Assembly: GCA_040954595.2 (NCBI GenBank)
Contig: CM082577.2
Span: 11,193,654-11,257,653, forward strand
Origin: Balanoglossus misakiensis
Lineage: Eukaryota; Animalia; Hemichordata
Direction: 5' to 3'
Length of the DNA stretch: 64,000 nucleotides
Shown piece after piece: positions 27,101 through 41,700 of this stretch (the first letter of the stretch is position 1; each line of letters opens with the position of its first letter). The translations under genes were made by a program, and so were the position numbers. The notes under the pieces were generated by a model that was given only the letters and a program-made list of their open reading frames with translations, was not told the origin of the DNA and searched no databases.

Positions 27101-30100
27101 TCTCATTATTTATGAACACTTTGTTCCAATTCACCACCGAACACGAACAGCTTAATTTCACGTTTTCGTTTGTCTTTCTCAGATTTCAAATGATGTGGAT
27201 TTTCAAACAAGTACGACTGACCTGTATTGCCAATGGTTTGGTTTCTCACGCCCTCATCAGAGCGTTAACTACGCCATTGCACTTGGAACATCAAGAGGTC
27301 TAGATGACGTAGTGCCGTTCATTACGATTGATTCGTCGATATCAGAATACGCGTTTACTGGACTGTCTTTGGACGCATACCGGGTAAGTAAGATATCAAG
27401 TGAATAGTTGTTTTCCATGTTCAACTTTTACGTGTTGACTTTGAGTAAGATACAATGTAAGATGGCGGCTCTACTTATCTGAGCCATGTTCTGCAAGCTG
27501 CTATATCAACACTGACAACAGCTTTTCTCGAACTTCCTACTTCTGACACTTCAGTGTTTCTGTGCAATTGAATGAGGGTTATTGTCAAGGCTTCAGATGG
27601 AGGTTTAATTACATTAAAAGTGGCAGCAACAACATTGTTAACAAGATTCAAAATACTAGACGTAAACAACCAAATATACTAAAATATCTAAATTTACAGT
27701 CGAGTCCTATATATTTTACTGAACCTTGCATCCACAGAAATATTTCGTGAGTTTGAGAGCGTCGACAGAAATTGGTAATGTAACCGTTACTTCTGATGGC
27801 GTAGTTGTGATACACAAAGAAGCCATATTGGCCGGGATACATGTCTATGACGGACAGGGGTGCCAAGTAAACACTGGTAAGCTAAAGTTATTATTTATCT
27901 TATCAAATGGTATCGCCCATGCATTTTGTATAATATTGTAATTCATGCTTTTTATTTCTAATATTTCGTAACATGTTCATCCCTTTTATGTCATAACATA
28001 GCGGCCGACGAACGAAACACAACACATCATGAACGCGGTGTACCGAATCGCTGCAAGTACGATATAGGTTTCCAAACGTCTACAAATACAGTGTTTGCGA
28101 GTTGGAGCATTCCTGATGAACTTAAGGAGTTCATTAACCACGCAGAATGGGCCTTGCAGAAGGAAAGTATCCTTAACAGGTAGGGCAAATGGTGTAATAT
28201 AATCAAAGCCAGCATTGATTTTACCAGGTTGTCTCTGTAATACTGTTTGTGAAGTGTGCAGTTGAAACATGCTTTCTCTCTCTCTCCTTCTTAGCTCGTT
28301 TTCTGTCTGGAACCCCGTGACAGAATTCAGAAAAACAGGAACACTGCATGCAGTCCATGCTGCTGATCTGACCTTAATACCAGGTCATCACTATCGATCC
28401 GTCGTCAAGTTTTGCCACACCGCTGGGTGTTTCCAAACCATCGCAAGTGACGGATTCTTTGTGACGTCACTGCCGCCTGTGCCAATGGGAGTCGATGACA
28501 TCAGATACAATAAGTGAGTATCATTTTGCCAGTAGTATTATTCGCCTTCCATGCATCTTTCTGGGTGTAATATTTGCATGTAATATCCACTACCATTATA
28601 TATCCTTTTCACAGCATAACGAGCGAGCTTGCCTTTGATTGGCACAGTTTTGTGCAAGAAGAATTACTGTCCCAAACGAGAGTGACAGAGGATCCCATTG
28701 ATTACTATGAATGGACGATAAGTGTCAAAACGTCGGATGGGGGTGCCAAACATGGCGACATGCTATACCCCTGGAAGCAACTGAACTTCACATCAGGACA
28801 AAACGACATGGTAACAGCCAAAATATTATTAATGATTTAATATCTTTTTAGGGGATTTAGCCCGATCAATTTTCCTAATTCCAGGACAAAAATACAATCC
28901 AATTGATATCCTGTTACTTGGAACCTTCATGGCTACAAAAATTCATCGTTCAAAGAAATTTCAAGACAGTTGTAGTACGGCGATACATACTATTCAATCA
29001 TTACTCTTTTCAGCACCAAGCTTTGGTGGTCCTGCCGAATGCATTGCGATTTACCGAGTGTCTTCGACTTGCTTTGCGTGGCTACAACAAGGTGGGACTG
29101 TACTCTACGATTTACAAAGAGATCTTCGACTGCGATGCATTCAATCCGAGAGTCATCGTACCAAATACCGTCATCGACGCTGCCGGGGACTATGATGGCT
29201 TCCAGACAAGGTGTGAAGCATAATTATTCCTTAGTCAGAGAGGTTGCAGTGGTACCTGTATCAGAAATATATATACGGGTACATTATATTTAGATTTTCG
29301 AAATGCAATAGACGCTATCAGATCTTATAAAGCTGAAATTGCCAATTTATCCAAAGACAGTTAGACAGTATGCAATTTAAGGTTAATTTCCAAAAAGATG
29401 CATATTCTAGTGATATGCTAACACGTGATCCAATAACACCAGCAACCACAAAGTGAAAATACTAATTAATCCACTCACTAACGCGTGCTTTATCATAAAT
29501 ACTAGGGATATAGACCTAGAGGAGAACGCTCACTGGGTGCGGTCGGATGCCGAGTACACACGATCATCTGACAAATTATCGGCGGTTTGGCCAACTCTAC
29601 GACATGGCCAGTATGCATGGAAGGTTGTAAAAGATGACACGTATGGATATGGGAGCTTTGGTATGCTAGGTTACAATACATATGAATGTGGCGAACCAGA
29701 GGTATTGACCTGTGGAGAGACCAAGGTAATCTTTCTTTTTTTTAATGTATAAGGTTTGACCAAAAGTGCGGATATTACTGAATCTTAAAGTCAACCAGAA
29801 CAAGCAACATGACGTGAGGAAGCAATGTATTTAATACTAGTATTTCAAACATTCATACTAATTTCATTTGGCATACAGAAAGACGCCGACCAAAATATTT
29901 GAATAATGATATTGACGCACTTTGTTTTTAAAGATATAAGTGCTATGCCTTCCTAGACAGCGTGCCGTGTGGGATGTTAGCTATGACGTACACATTCGGT
30001 CATGTTTTCCATTTATAATGTATACATTGTTGTGTGAATATCTGAACAGATTATCGGATATACATGAACAGCCATAACTTCTTCATGTTTACAGCATAAT

Positions 30101-33100
30101 TATGTCAACGTGGCAGATCTTCAACTGCAGCATGGCCACAGATACCACATATGCGTCCATGCCAATCAAACACGAAAAGAGTACGAGAATACCGACATGT
30201 TGCTTCCAGAAGTTTCGGCCTGTTCGGATGGAATCGTGGTTGACGTGACCCCTCCTACCAAAGGTCAGGTGTGGATTGCCTCGACCAGAGACAGATTTCA
30301 AGTATGCAATGTTCTATTACCTAAGTTTATAGTATGTTTCTTACGCATTCAAACGACTACAGATAAACCATTTGACGTCATGGCACGTTTCCGGATATCT
30401 TTACTTACATGAGAGTGCGCTACTATTACAATTGTCTGATATCATGATTCACTTTGCAGACATCTGTGTCGGAATTAATGATAAACTGGAGCAGCTTCTA
30501 CGACGTCGAAGAACACGGCAGAACATCTCACAGTTCAGGTATCAGGAAATATGAAATAGCTATAGGTGAGTTTAGGTCGCTTATATAATGTAAAATTTCA
30601 AAAAAGTGTATTTGTAAGAAAAAGTTGTGTTGGTAACTATTCTCACTGATTTCCATGGTAACTCTTCTTTAAGGAACATCCCCCGGAGGAGTCGATGTCC
30701 AAGACTTTGAAGATGTCGGGTTGACCAACTGGGCAGTGGTACACAATCTCCATCTTCAAGGAGGGAACACTTACTATGTCACAGTCAGAGGCAAGTTCTC
30801 AATATGATTCCTAAATTCAATTACGTTGGTATAGTGTGGTGTGCGTGGGTAGAGGAGACTCGTAGAAAATTACGTCTACAAGCGAGTCTCATTGCTGTTT
30901 GTGTTATGACATATTTGTTCGATGCAATCAGCTTTCGCGTATTATATCTAGATAATATAGGTAATGGTCCCAAAATGAAAAACGAGCAAATTGTATTCTC
31001 TTTATTGCAGCAACGGACTTTGTCGGGCTTTCGTCTGAGGCCGTGGCAAGTGGTATAACAGTAGACATCACCCCGCCAGTAAAAACCGACAAGCCAATCG
31101 ATGTTGGGGCTCCGTACTTGACTTCAACATCAACACTGTCGGCGCAGTGGGTTGGTGTCTTTGAGGACATTGAAAGTGGTACGTGGAGCAAATTATATAA
31201 ACCGTATCCTATTGCACGAAATTAGATGAAACACGCATTATCCGCGTTGTGGTATGACGTAGCATTCATATTTGAAATCAACGTTGATGATTACGTTTAT
31301 GCTCGACCTACTTCATATACAACTGGCGATAGTAAACATCTCAGGAGTTTGACGTGGTTAGACAAATGAATTCAAATTCAAAAGTCACGGGGACTTGTTA
31401 TTGGCCGATTAAGATGACAATTAATAATAAAATACTTGTATTGTATTGTCTATGTACACACAGGTGTTGATTACTTTGACTGGTGTATCGGCTCAACACC
31501 CGGGTATGGTGATGTACTTCCATGCACTCATACCGACGAGTCTGAAATAATGGATGCAAATCTCAATGACATTGAGTTATTGCAAGGACACGTTTATTAT
31601 GTTACCATAACGGTAAGTATAACATGTTAACATACAGCATTTGACAAAAGCCTTATATACCCACACTGTATTCTGTTACAGAGTAAATGTGTGCTGGCAA
31701 CTCTTTAAATACCAAACAGAATTTGATATTGTATTTCGGGTGTTGTTGTTGTTGTTGTTTTTTTGGGGGGGGGGGATTCGTATAGATATAGATTTGTGGT
31801 AACAAGTTTTCTCCTCTTCATAATATGCAACTTGATTTTGATCGTTTTGTGTAGGCATACAATGGTGCAGGACTCTCTACCACAGCCTCTTCTTGGGGTG
31901 TCGTCGTTGACAGCAGTGCGCCGGTAGATGGCGTTGTGTATGACGGACTTGCAGTGGAGACGACTGGTGATCTCGACTATCAGGTATGCTACAAGCACAC
32001 AACGTGTGATTTTTTTGTATTTTAAATTTTTCACATGTATACACATTTGCTTTCGTTCACCCCAAAATTTTGAATGATTTGCGTTATATATACCAAGACA
32101 CACACAGGTTATCTCGGTGCACGCTGGGACGGGTTCCATGACCCACACACCGGGATTGTTGGATACTCGTGGAAAATCGGAACTTCTCCTGGATATGGTG
32201 ACGTGTTGGAAGAGGAGTTTGTCGGTTTGGTTACAGGTATGTCGCCCTTTCATTATTTCGCACTATAGAGAGGAGTGGTGAAAATGGTTCCCCATGAGGA
32301 TAATTTATGTTTTAGGAAATGTGAGTCTCTCTCTAGGATCACACGAAGGGAAAATAACAAACCCGTGCTCCAAAAGATAAGTTTCTATCACTAATACTTT
32401 CCAGAGATGAACGTCACAAACCTAAGTCTTCAAGCAGGAGCGCGTTACTTTACTACGGTGACAGCTTGCAATGCAGCCGATCTGTGCACGTCAGTGACAT
32501 CAGATGGTATTATAATAGACACCTCACCACCTATCGCTGGTGTGGTTTATGACGGAATAAGTGATGGTGATCGTGCATTCCAAGCATCCAGGTATGATGT
32601 CATGCTTTCACATATTTAAATTACAACATACTGTATATGCAAAATATGCGTGCGTTCTATACAGCACGTACAGGGAAAAAACGAGCGTGTATCATCTGTC
32701 ATCTATAGGTAATATACGCGACGTGCAGGTGAGATAATTGACAGATACGTGCAATTACAAGAAGTGATGTTTGCCACTTTATTACAGAACATCCTTATCT
32801 GCTCACTGGTTTAATTTCCACGATCCCCACTCACAACTGTCTCACTACGAATGGTATGCCGGTACTACCCCTGGCGGTGATGACGTCATGGCGTCCGCAA
32901 GACTTCACCGGACAGAGAAAGCATTTACGTCTCAGTTGCAAGAGCCATTGCCGTTGAATGTGGCTATATACGTCACCGTGAAAGCACACAACAGAGCAGG
33001 TAGTTATTTTTGGCATATTTGCAACTCGGTGCTGTGCGCACACAAGCTCAGCACAGTGTCACGCGAGGAATGAGCCAGGCGTGAAATACTTGAATGTTCT

Positions 33101-35677
33101 CTCTCCGACATCAGCATTATTATCTCATTAGGGTATACTTAGAGATTTCCATTCTGTTGCAGGGCTGTTCACTGAATCAACATCCAATGGGATTATTGTT
33201 GACAACTCTCCCCCAGTCGTCGTTCGTGCCGCAACAATTGATGACACTCGTGGTTCAATCACGGCCAATACGCAGGTGAAATTAGTTTATCATTGAAGGA
33301 CTTTCTATGCTATTTTCTTTCCATTTAGTTAAAGGTGCGCAATGTATATGGACATTTTATACTGTACATTTTCTGTTTATAACAACGTGTGAGGCATCCC
33401 AAGGTTTTATTTCTCTACAGTTCTTAATTTTTGAATGTGTCTCAGGTTTGGCGATCCTTTCTACGCGTTACTTGGGAGTTTAATGATGCTGAGAGTCCAA
33501 TAGAAAACCATCTGTTATCAGTATTCACCCATCATCAGTCGGCTATGCCTGTACCTATAGTTAAGGTAAGCCATGTGTACACGAAAGATGCAGTGGTGAA
33601 CACCAAAGAACATTTATTTAAGTATTATAATTGGTATATTAATCGCTAGGTAAATTGTAAGTTAACTATTCTTTGCGAGCGATTACTGCACACATTAAAC
33701 TTTTGATATCACATCGTCAGTTGAGTTTCCTAAGAACAGGATTATGTGAAAAGTTCGACAGCAAATGTGAAACACGACTTGAATATTTCCATAACGTTTT
33801 GCACGTATTACAATTATTCAAATTGGCAGATTTCCGGAGGAGTTCTTCACTACACATTCACCAACCTATCACTGCACGATGGCGACACGTATTATGTCAA
33901 AGTTATTGCCTGTAATGCTGCGAATCTGTGCACAGTCGGCGAAACACAAGGAGTGCTCGTGAGTATTCGCTGTTTATCTGCAATACAGATGAACGTGGTC
34001 TGTGTGGTGTTTTACTGGGGTATTGAGATACTGACTGCGCTGTTCCGAGTTCGTTAAAAGTACACGGTCACCTCCAATTTACATTTACGTCCATAAATGG
34101 CTAAAATGCTATATCTGAGTGTACTAAAGAACGTATAGTGGTGCCACCAACTGAAAATCTGTGATTGATTAGATCTCAATTAACAATGGTAACTGTAGCT
34201 ATACATTTGCAAAGGTGACCTTTAATTACACGTACGTAACTGTAAAGAATCTCAACACGGTACACACCTGCTGTGTTTGTTATTCTGTTTCGTTAGTTCA
34301 AAAACAACGCAATTACCGTCATATTTACGCGATTTGATCCCAAATCTGTCCAAACGTGTTTAGCTGCCACAATGTCATTTCACCAGGTTGACTCGAGTCC
34401 TCCGTCTGTTGGAACATTTGCTGTCGCCACCGACCATGCTGCGGACTTGGCACGACACAGAGAGCACTGGATGACCTACACACAGGGCCAAGGAAACGAC
34501 ACAGCCAAGGTTAACTTGGCCTGGCTCGGATTTGCAGATATCCATTCAGGAATAAGTCACTATTTTGTAACCATAGGAACCAGTTATGGAGGGTGGGATT
34601 TAGTTGAGGTATTAGTTGACATTATGTACATTTGATCAAATTGAAAATTAGCTCTTAGATTTTCAAGCAACGTATTTTTGAGTACAGTCATTTCGATTAT
34701 TAAACGTATCTACTTACTGGTAATCTCATCTAACAATGGAAACCTGAATTCGAGATGGGGATTTGATTTACAGTTTGTACAGGGCAATATTTTCACCCAC
34801 TAAAGAGTTAACGTCACAGATAAGCTGTCTCGTGGAAATGTGTTACCTTTTATACATTACTAACTGATAATAATGTCTTTCTCTCATTGCCACGCAATCT
34901 ATTTCCTATTTTTCAGAATCAAGCCGTCCGTGTAGACTATGTACATGGCGGTTCACATTTCGATGAAGGTGTGATCCAAACGGCTTCCATTTCGGTGACG
35001 AGAGACCTCATTAATTCGGAACATATCTATTGTACACTATGGGCAGTCAACGGAGTGAGAATATTTTATTTAATTGTTTTGGCGTTTGTCCCACTATTCT
35101 TATCGTATTAATGTTGTAGACCCATTATGCATTAGGTATATACCCGGTGGAATTGTTATACAAGTGTTTAGGTTTTTTTTCGAAAACTAATTATATCCAG
35201 TGTCAGCTCCTGAGTCAACAACATATTAACAAGAAAAAAAAAACATTTTACAGGTTGGTTTACGCAGTTACGAAGCGCATGAAACATTCGTTGTGGTGAG
35301 GTCCAACGATGCCAGTGGGGTATTATCGCTTCTCCGTCGGTGCGATTCTCAAACCTGCGAAGCACAGTGCACATGCGCACCACAAAACCAACTTTGTCAA
35401 GAGTCCCTCACAGAATGCGATAACGTCACGGGTTAGTGGAAGGTTACGATTTTTTATTCACTTCTTATATTTTAATGATATGCATGAATTTTCGAAATCA
35501 TGAAATACTTCAATCAATACATTATCACAATAAAGCAATGTGTCCGTGCATGCATGCATGCAGTCAATGCATGAGCATCTACATATACACAGACACCCAG
35601 CACAAAGAAACATACATACATACATACATACATACATACATACATACATACATACATACATACATACATACATACAT

Positions 35678-35747
<70 letters not shown>

Positions 35748-38700
35748 GTACGTACGTACGTACGTACGTACGTACGTACGTACGTACGTACGTACGTACG
35801 TACATACATACATACATACATACATACATACATACATACATACATACATACATACATACATACATACATACATACATACATACATACATACATACATACA
35901 TAGTACATACATACATCTTACCAATTGTCGATGAAATTTCAATTTTCAGATGTTCACCTATATCAGCAAATTACAGTGATTGATGTACTAGACTATCACG
36001 ACAATGGCATTTATGGTCAATACCAAGATGTTGATTTCACACCGTCATCGTGTGCCATAGCAGCAAGATGGAATGCAAATAGTGGTGGTCAGTATAAAAA
36101 TTTCTGTAAATGTTCTAACATTTCGTTCACGTCATACCATGCCCTAGCACGTGTCTGGATTGACTGCCCTGTGCAAATTGGGGAAGGGGGGGGGGGGGGA
36201 GAATCGCCCTCACAGTACACCCATGCATTTTCCATCATGCCCGGCAGTACATATGTTTTAAGGCACTTTATTATAAAAACGTGAAAGAGTTTAACTCCAT
36301 AGCGTTAAACAGGAGCCTGACTCGTGCTATGTGATAGGCTGACGTTCAAATAAAAAACATGTCCAAACCTACAGGTATTCTAGTGCAGCGTTACGAATGG
36401 GCAGTTGGAAGCAAGGGGGGACAGTATGGATCAGGGTTACTAAATCCAAATGAAGACAGAATATGGCATGAGGCTGGTATGCACACATTTGCTGTTTTCA
36501 CCGTTAAATCTGGTGAGTATTTCCTTTTAGAAGTCACACGTATTTTTTTTCAAACAAGACTCATTATGATAAATATTTTTTTTTTCGATTTGCAACATAA
36601 CGCCCAATGTTAATTATGTTTGGTTATCGTGCTTACCGGATCTACAATGTACTTCTTTACATGTTAAGGACACCTAGACCCAAGTGTTGAATATGTATTC
36701 TACGTGAGGGCTTGGTACAACGACCGAACTTATGCTGTCTTCCAATCAGATGGAGTAAAACCTGCGTTTATACCACCGGGAATTTCATCTTCACGGAAGG
36801 TAAAGTGATTGCTGTGACCATTCGTCACTGTATCCGGCATTAGTTGAGGTTCTAAACATACCCTGTATAATTAGTATTACCGTGTGTTTTCCATAAGCTA
36901 GTGAAATTGTCTTAAGTTGTAGCATAATCGGCGAAGCCATGGCCGGATAATAACATAATCACTTTCGTATCTTGGCAAGTACTTACATTACGTTTGCATG
37001 AGATTGTAGACAAGAATGCAGGTTTTTCAGTGTGTCATTAGAATCGGTTCAGGAGAATAAAATTCCATACCATTACTTTTTTGTCTTCCATCCAAATTTG
37101 TACATGTGCCCCTTTAAATCAAGTCTATTTTGTATGGTTACAAGGGCAATCATGTTCGGGATATTTTGTACATAACTTGTATTTTGTACAATACAACAAG
37201 TGTTCAGCGTGTATAATATCACAGTATTAAATTTTCTACCAGGTGAAGGACATAACAAATATCGCTACACCAATTGATGTTGACTACTCAAAGGATCCAA
37301 ACACCCTTGGAGTGTCTTGGAAAAACGTCTTTTCAACTACCTCATCACTGAGTCACTTTTTGGTTTCACTAAGCACAGTACCAGGAGGTTTGTAATTTTC
37401 CTTTAACCATTAATTACTTATTCAGCTTTGTGAGCAGATTGGAAGTTGTTATTTTTTACGTTTAACTTTTTTTGTTGCAAACTTGTTGTTTGTAAAATGA
37501 ACGATATCTTGTCTACACATATGAATATGTATGTAAACTGATATATGTGTGTAAAAATGAACAACAATTAGTCCTCGCACGTATTTGCTGTGCATTCGAA
37601 TGTTGATTAGAGATGCATGTTAATTACATGTACAGGTGAAGACATCAGGCCATACAATACTAGTCTTTATGGGAGCAGTGAATATGACATGATGCTGACA
37701 GGTGTACATCTCCTCAGTGATCACAAGTACTACACCAACGTTATGGCTGTCAATTGGGCTGGTCTTTCCTCTATAGCGACGTCAGATGGCATTCTGGTAT
37801 GTTCAAAGGGGTTGCCAAGCATACAACTGGATGTATTAATGAGGCAGTGTAGTTAGAGATTCCTACCATATGCATGTATTCAAGTTTGTTTATTTTGTGG
37901 TATTATATGCTAAACATTGACACTGCTGCCATTTAAGGTTAATTCTTTATTAATCAATCAGAGAGTTATGTGTCATACACAGCTTAAATTTCAGACGTGT
38001 TGCTTTCTCCTCGCGTAAAATATGGAGTAGTAACACATCTCCAGAGGGCGCTGAGTACGCCGTCAAAGACGTGATCACGTATGGCCCAGTAGGTCACGCA
38101 TTGCTCTCGAGGGGCCATAGAGTAGAGATATTTTGAAGGATTTAACCAGGAATATGTATCACACACTTGTGCAATAGATTGATACCACGCCACCGACACC
38201 AGGTGTAGTGGAAGACGGACTTGGGGTCCACGATGCCGACTATCAAAATAGCAGCGCAACAGTGTCGGCGTCATGGCATGGTTTTTTTGACCTGCAGTCA
38301 TCTGTCCATCATTATCGTTGGTGTGTTGGTAGTCAGCCAGGCCGGGAAGATATTATTTCTTGTCGAAACGTCGGACTGCGTCTGTCAGTGTCGGCTGAAC
38401 TAGATACGCCAGTCATCACAGGTAAATACTCAACAGTGTGGTTTTATTCTTTATTACAAGTCAACCGTGGCCTACTCAGTTATCTGGTTAACGTATACGT
38501 AGACAACAGCCATGGTGTGAATTTAGCTTGGCCATCGCATTTTTTTCTGTGAAAGCACCACGAAATTTGTCCTTATTTTGTGCATGGCCATATACCTTTG
38601 TAAGTGTACATACCAATTACAGGAGAATTGGTCATTATTGTGAAATATTTTACTAAGCGGTAGTGTTACTTCAATATTGACAATCATGAGGAGAAATCAT

Positions 38701-41700
38701 AGGGCATTTGGTAAATACCATGCATTCTCTTTAGGTACGCGCTATTTTTCAAGAGTATCTGTTGTGGATGTCGCCGGGTTGGAGTCCCCCGCTGTTGTGT
38801 CAAATGGAATCGTCGTGGACACCACTCCACCTCAGAATTTTCTGAAGGTCGTCACCGAATCAAATCTTCTCAGAAATCCGTCATTTGAAGTCGTTAAGGG
38901 CGGATTGGTTGACAACTGCACTACAAATCTGGCGGACCAGCTTTGCATACCTGACGAATGGACAGTGGCGGGAAGCGGCCATGTTGTTATATCCCACGAG
39001 TTGCAGGCTCAGCACAGAAATGCGTATATTATTATCCATGGAAACGTCTCGCAGCAAATAGTGACAACGCCAGGTGAAAAGTACAAACTCTCCCTGTACA
39101 CGAGTCATCTCTCAAACTTCACTGTCCCACTTCTGTCGCAAGAGGGCTTCGTTCAGATCCCCGGCTTACACCGAGTCTTCAAGTTGTATCAGAGGACTGG
39201 CAACCATGGTGACAGCCCGCTTGATTGGTACGAGCATGTCTACTACTTCACAGCCGAATCTGGTTCTTCGACAGTGACAATTGGCTCACTTGGTCAAAGG
39301 AACGGTATGTAAACAATTACACCTCATTATTGAGAAGTTCTTAAGCCCACAGACCACTTGTTCCCTGACTTGCTTGCAACTGAAGTTCTCCTCAGTGGTT
39401 TTGATTAGGCTTGACGTCTTTTCCCTTATGTCTACCATACCTCTTTTCCAATGAAACCCACTTTCAGTTGTTAAGTGCCAAAATGCTAATATGACGATAT
39501 CTCTGAAAAATCTAACAACTAGTTTGTGTCATATTTATCACAGGGATCGCCGTCGATAATGTTAGAGCTCAGCATCTCAGCGTCCGTACCGATGACATCG
39601 GCGATGACGATATTGAATCACGAAGCTGCATTCGTCTGCACTCGAGAACAAATGGACGAAGACACTCTGTATCAGCTACTTGGGATATCACGGATACTGA
39701 AAGTCCAATCGTCGAATACATGTGGGCAATAGGAACCGTCAAAGGTAAACTGTAGTCATAGGTTGTGGCATTGATACTTGGCTATTGGTGGATTATCTAC
39801 GTGTGAACGCGTTTTCGACAATTTGTTCATGAAGAAAGTAATAATCATGTTGTTCCACTCACAAAATGTGCCCATACATCATTTAAATGTTAGAAGTCTA
39901 GTCAGCTTAGCACGGAAAGACACGGATACATTTAATGACAGCACAATTTCGTGTAACATCGTCGAAGAATTCCACTGCGATATTCACAATGGTTTTAGCT
40001 GAGAACAGATGATGTATGTCCGATGATATAGATATTATATATGATGATGCATTGACACTGTTTTGCTGTGATACACGAGTTTACCTGTGATTTTTGTGAT
40101 ATTTATGGATGATCTGTTCACACTCGCATCATTAGGTGGTACGCAAATCCAGTCATTCAGACCTGTTGGCCGGTCACACTCCGCCTTCGCTGACGACTTG
40201 CTCTTAACTCACGGGATACCAATCTTCGCGACGGTTACTGCTCGGAACGCCGCAGGACTTCGTGCAGTTTTCTATTCCAACCCAGAGATCATAGATGTGA
40301 CACCGCCCGCTATATGCTGCGTAAAGGTAAGATATCTGTCGTCTTTAGCACGGGCAGATTTGAGCGATATTGTGGAGTATGGCATTGAAACTGGCCCAGT
40401 TATCACCATTCAGTATAAAACAGTCGTTACTTCCAAGACACGAGGAAAAAAAAGAATTCACTACAGGACCATCTCGAACCAACGGTATGTGGTGGTAGGC
40501 CTAGGCCTACCGGTTGTCCTAAATAGGTAAGCTATTATCATCATTATGATTCGAATGTTGTAACTTTGTAGGATGGCGCTACCCTTGGAGAGGACTTGTC
40601 CCATCAGACATCATCAGTCGTAGCAGTTCAATGGAATGTTACAGATGCCGAAAGTGGGATTGAATTCTGTGAATGGGCAATAGGTAAGTATAATGCAGAC
40701 TTAACCCATGTCACAGTTTGAAATAATGTTAGTGTCGGTTGTCTTAGCAGTGGAAAATACCAAATGGTGAAAATATCTGGCTAGTTATCTATAATTTCAC
40801 CGTTACACTGTTATGCAAAGAACGCGTGGTTTGCACCGCGAAACTTTACACTGTCCACACGCGTATTGCGAAACCTAACGACATCCCGGAATTAGCAATC
40901 ACATTCTACAAAAGAATCGCTAATGTTACTGTTTGTCATTTCAGGATTGACTCCAGCTTCAGCCACGTTGAGACCATTCGCCACGACAAATACCATGCAC
41001 TTTGCTGAAGAAAGTTTCGATGGAGTCCTTAGCCACGGGCAAACCGTTTACTCCACCATTCGATGTAAAAACTTTGCTGGGTTATTCAGCCAGACCACGT
41101 CGACCGGTGTGACAATCGTGAGAGAGCCACCAAGTACCGTCGAAGCGACGCTTCGGCCAGTTTCAAGTTCCCCCACCATGTTTGAGGAAAGGAACAACCA
41201 CCAATCTAACACTGATGTTCTAAACGTCATCTGGGACGGTTTTTCAGATTTATCTGGGATATCGCATTATGAGGTAAAATTAAATATTGCCTTGTTCATA
41301 AAACAACACAAAAATGAGGAAATGCGAAATAGGCGGACAGGAAACCAGCCCACAGCCAGCCTGAAGCATTGACAGACAGACAGACAGACAGACATGCATA
41401 CAGAGAGACAGACAGACAGAAAAATGGCGAGGGTGGTCAACAAAATAGAGTAACGGGTGCGAAGTGGGAAATGGTGAAGTTGGGGATGATGTAGTTCGTG
41501 AGAGTGGTTCATGTCCAACTGCATGGAAGGTTAATCTTTGTTATAATTTTAATTAATGTAATTTATCTGATCATGACTTCCACTGCAGTGTCGAGTACAG
41601 GGGGACACACGTTTGAGCACAAATTGGAAAATTCTTGGACAAGCTGGCCAGATGGCGGGGATGTTAGCCGGCATCAGGATGAACTCTTACAAGACCTACC

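Noticed and set aside
34054-34226. Possible small TTAA MITE (GGTCACCT...AGGTGACC)
   Set aside because: Only an 8-bp inverted match, degenerate ends and a single copy in the window
35436-35983. Long ORFs of HTYI/MYVC repeats
   Set aside because: Translations of a microsatellite inside an intron
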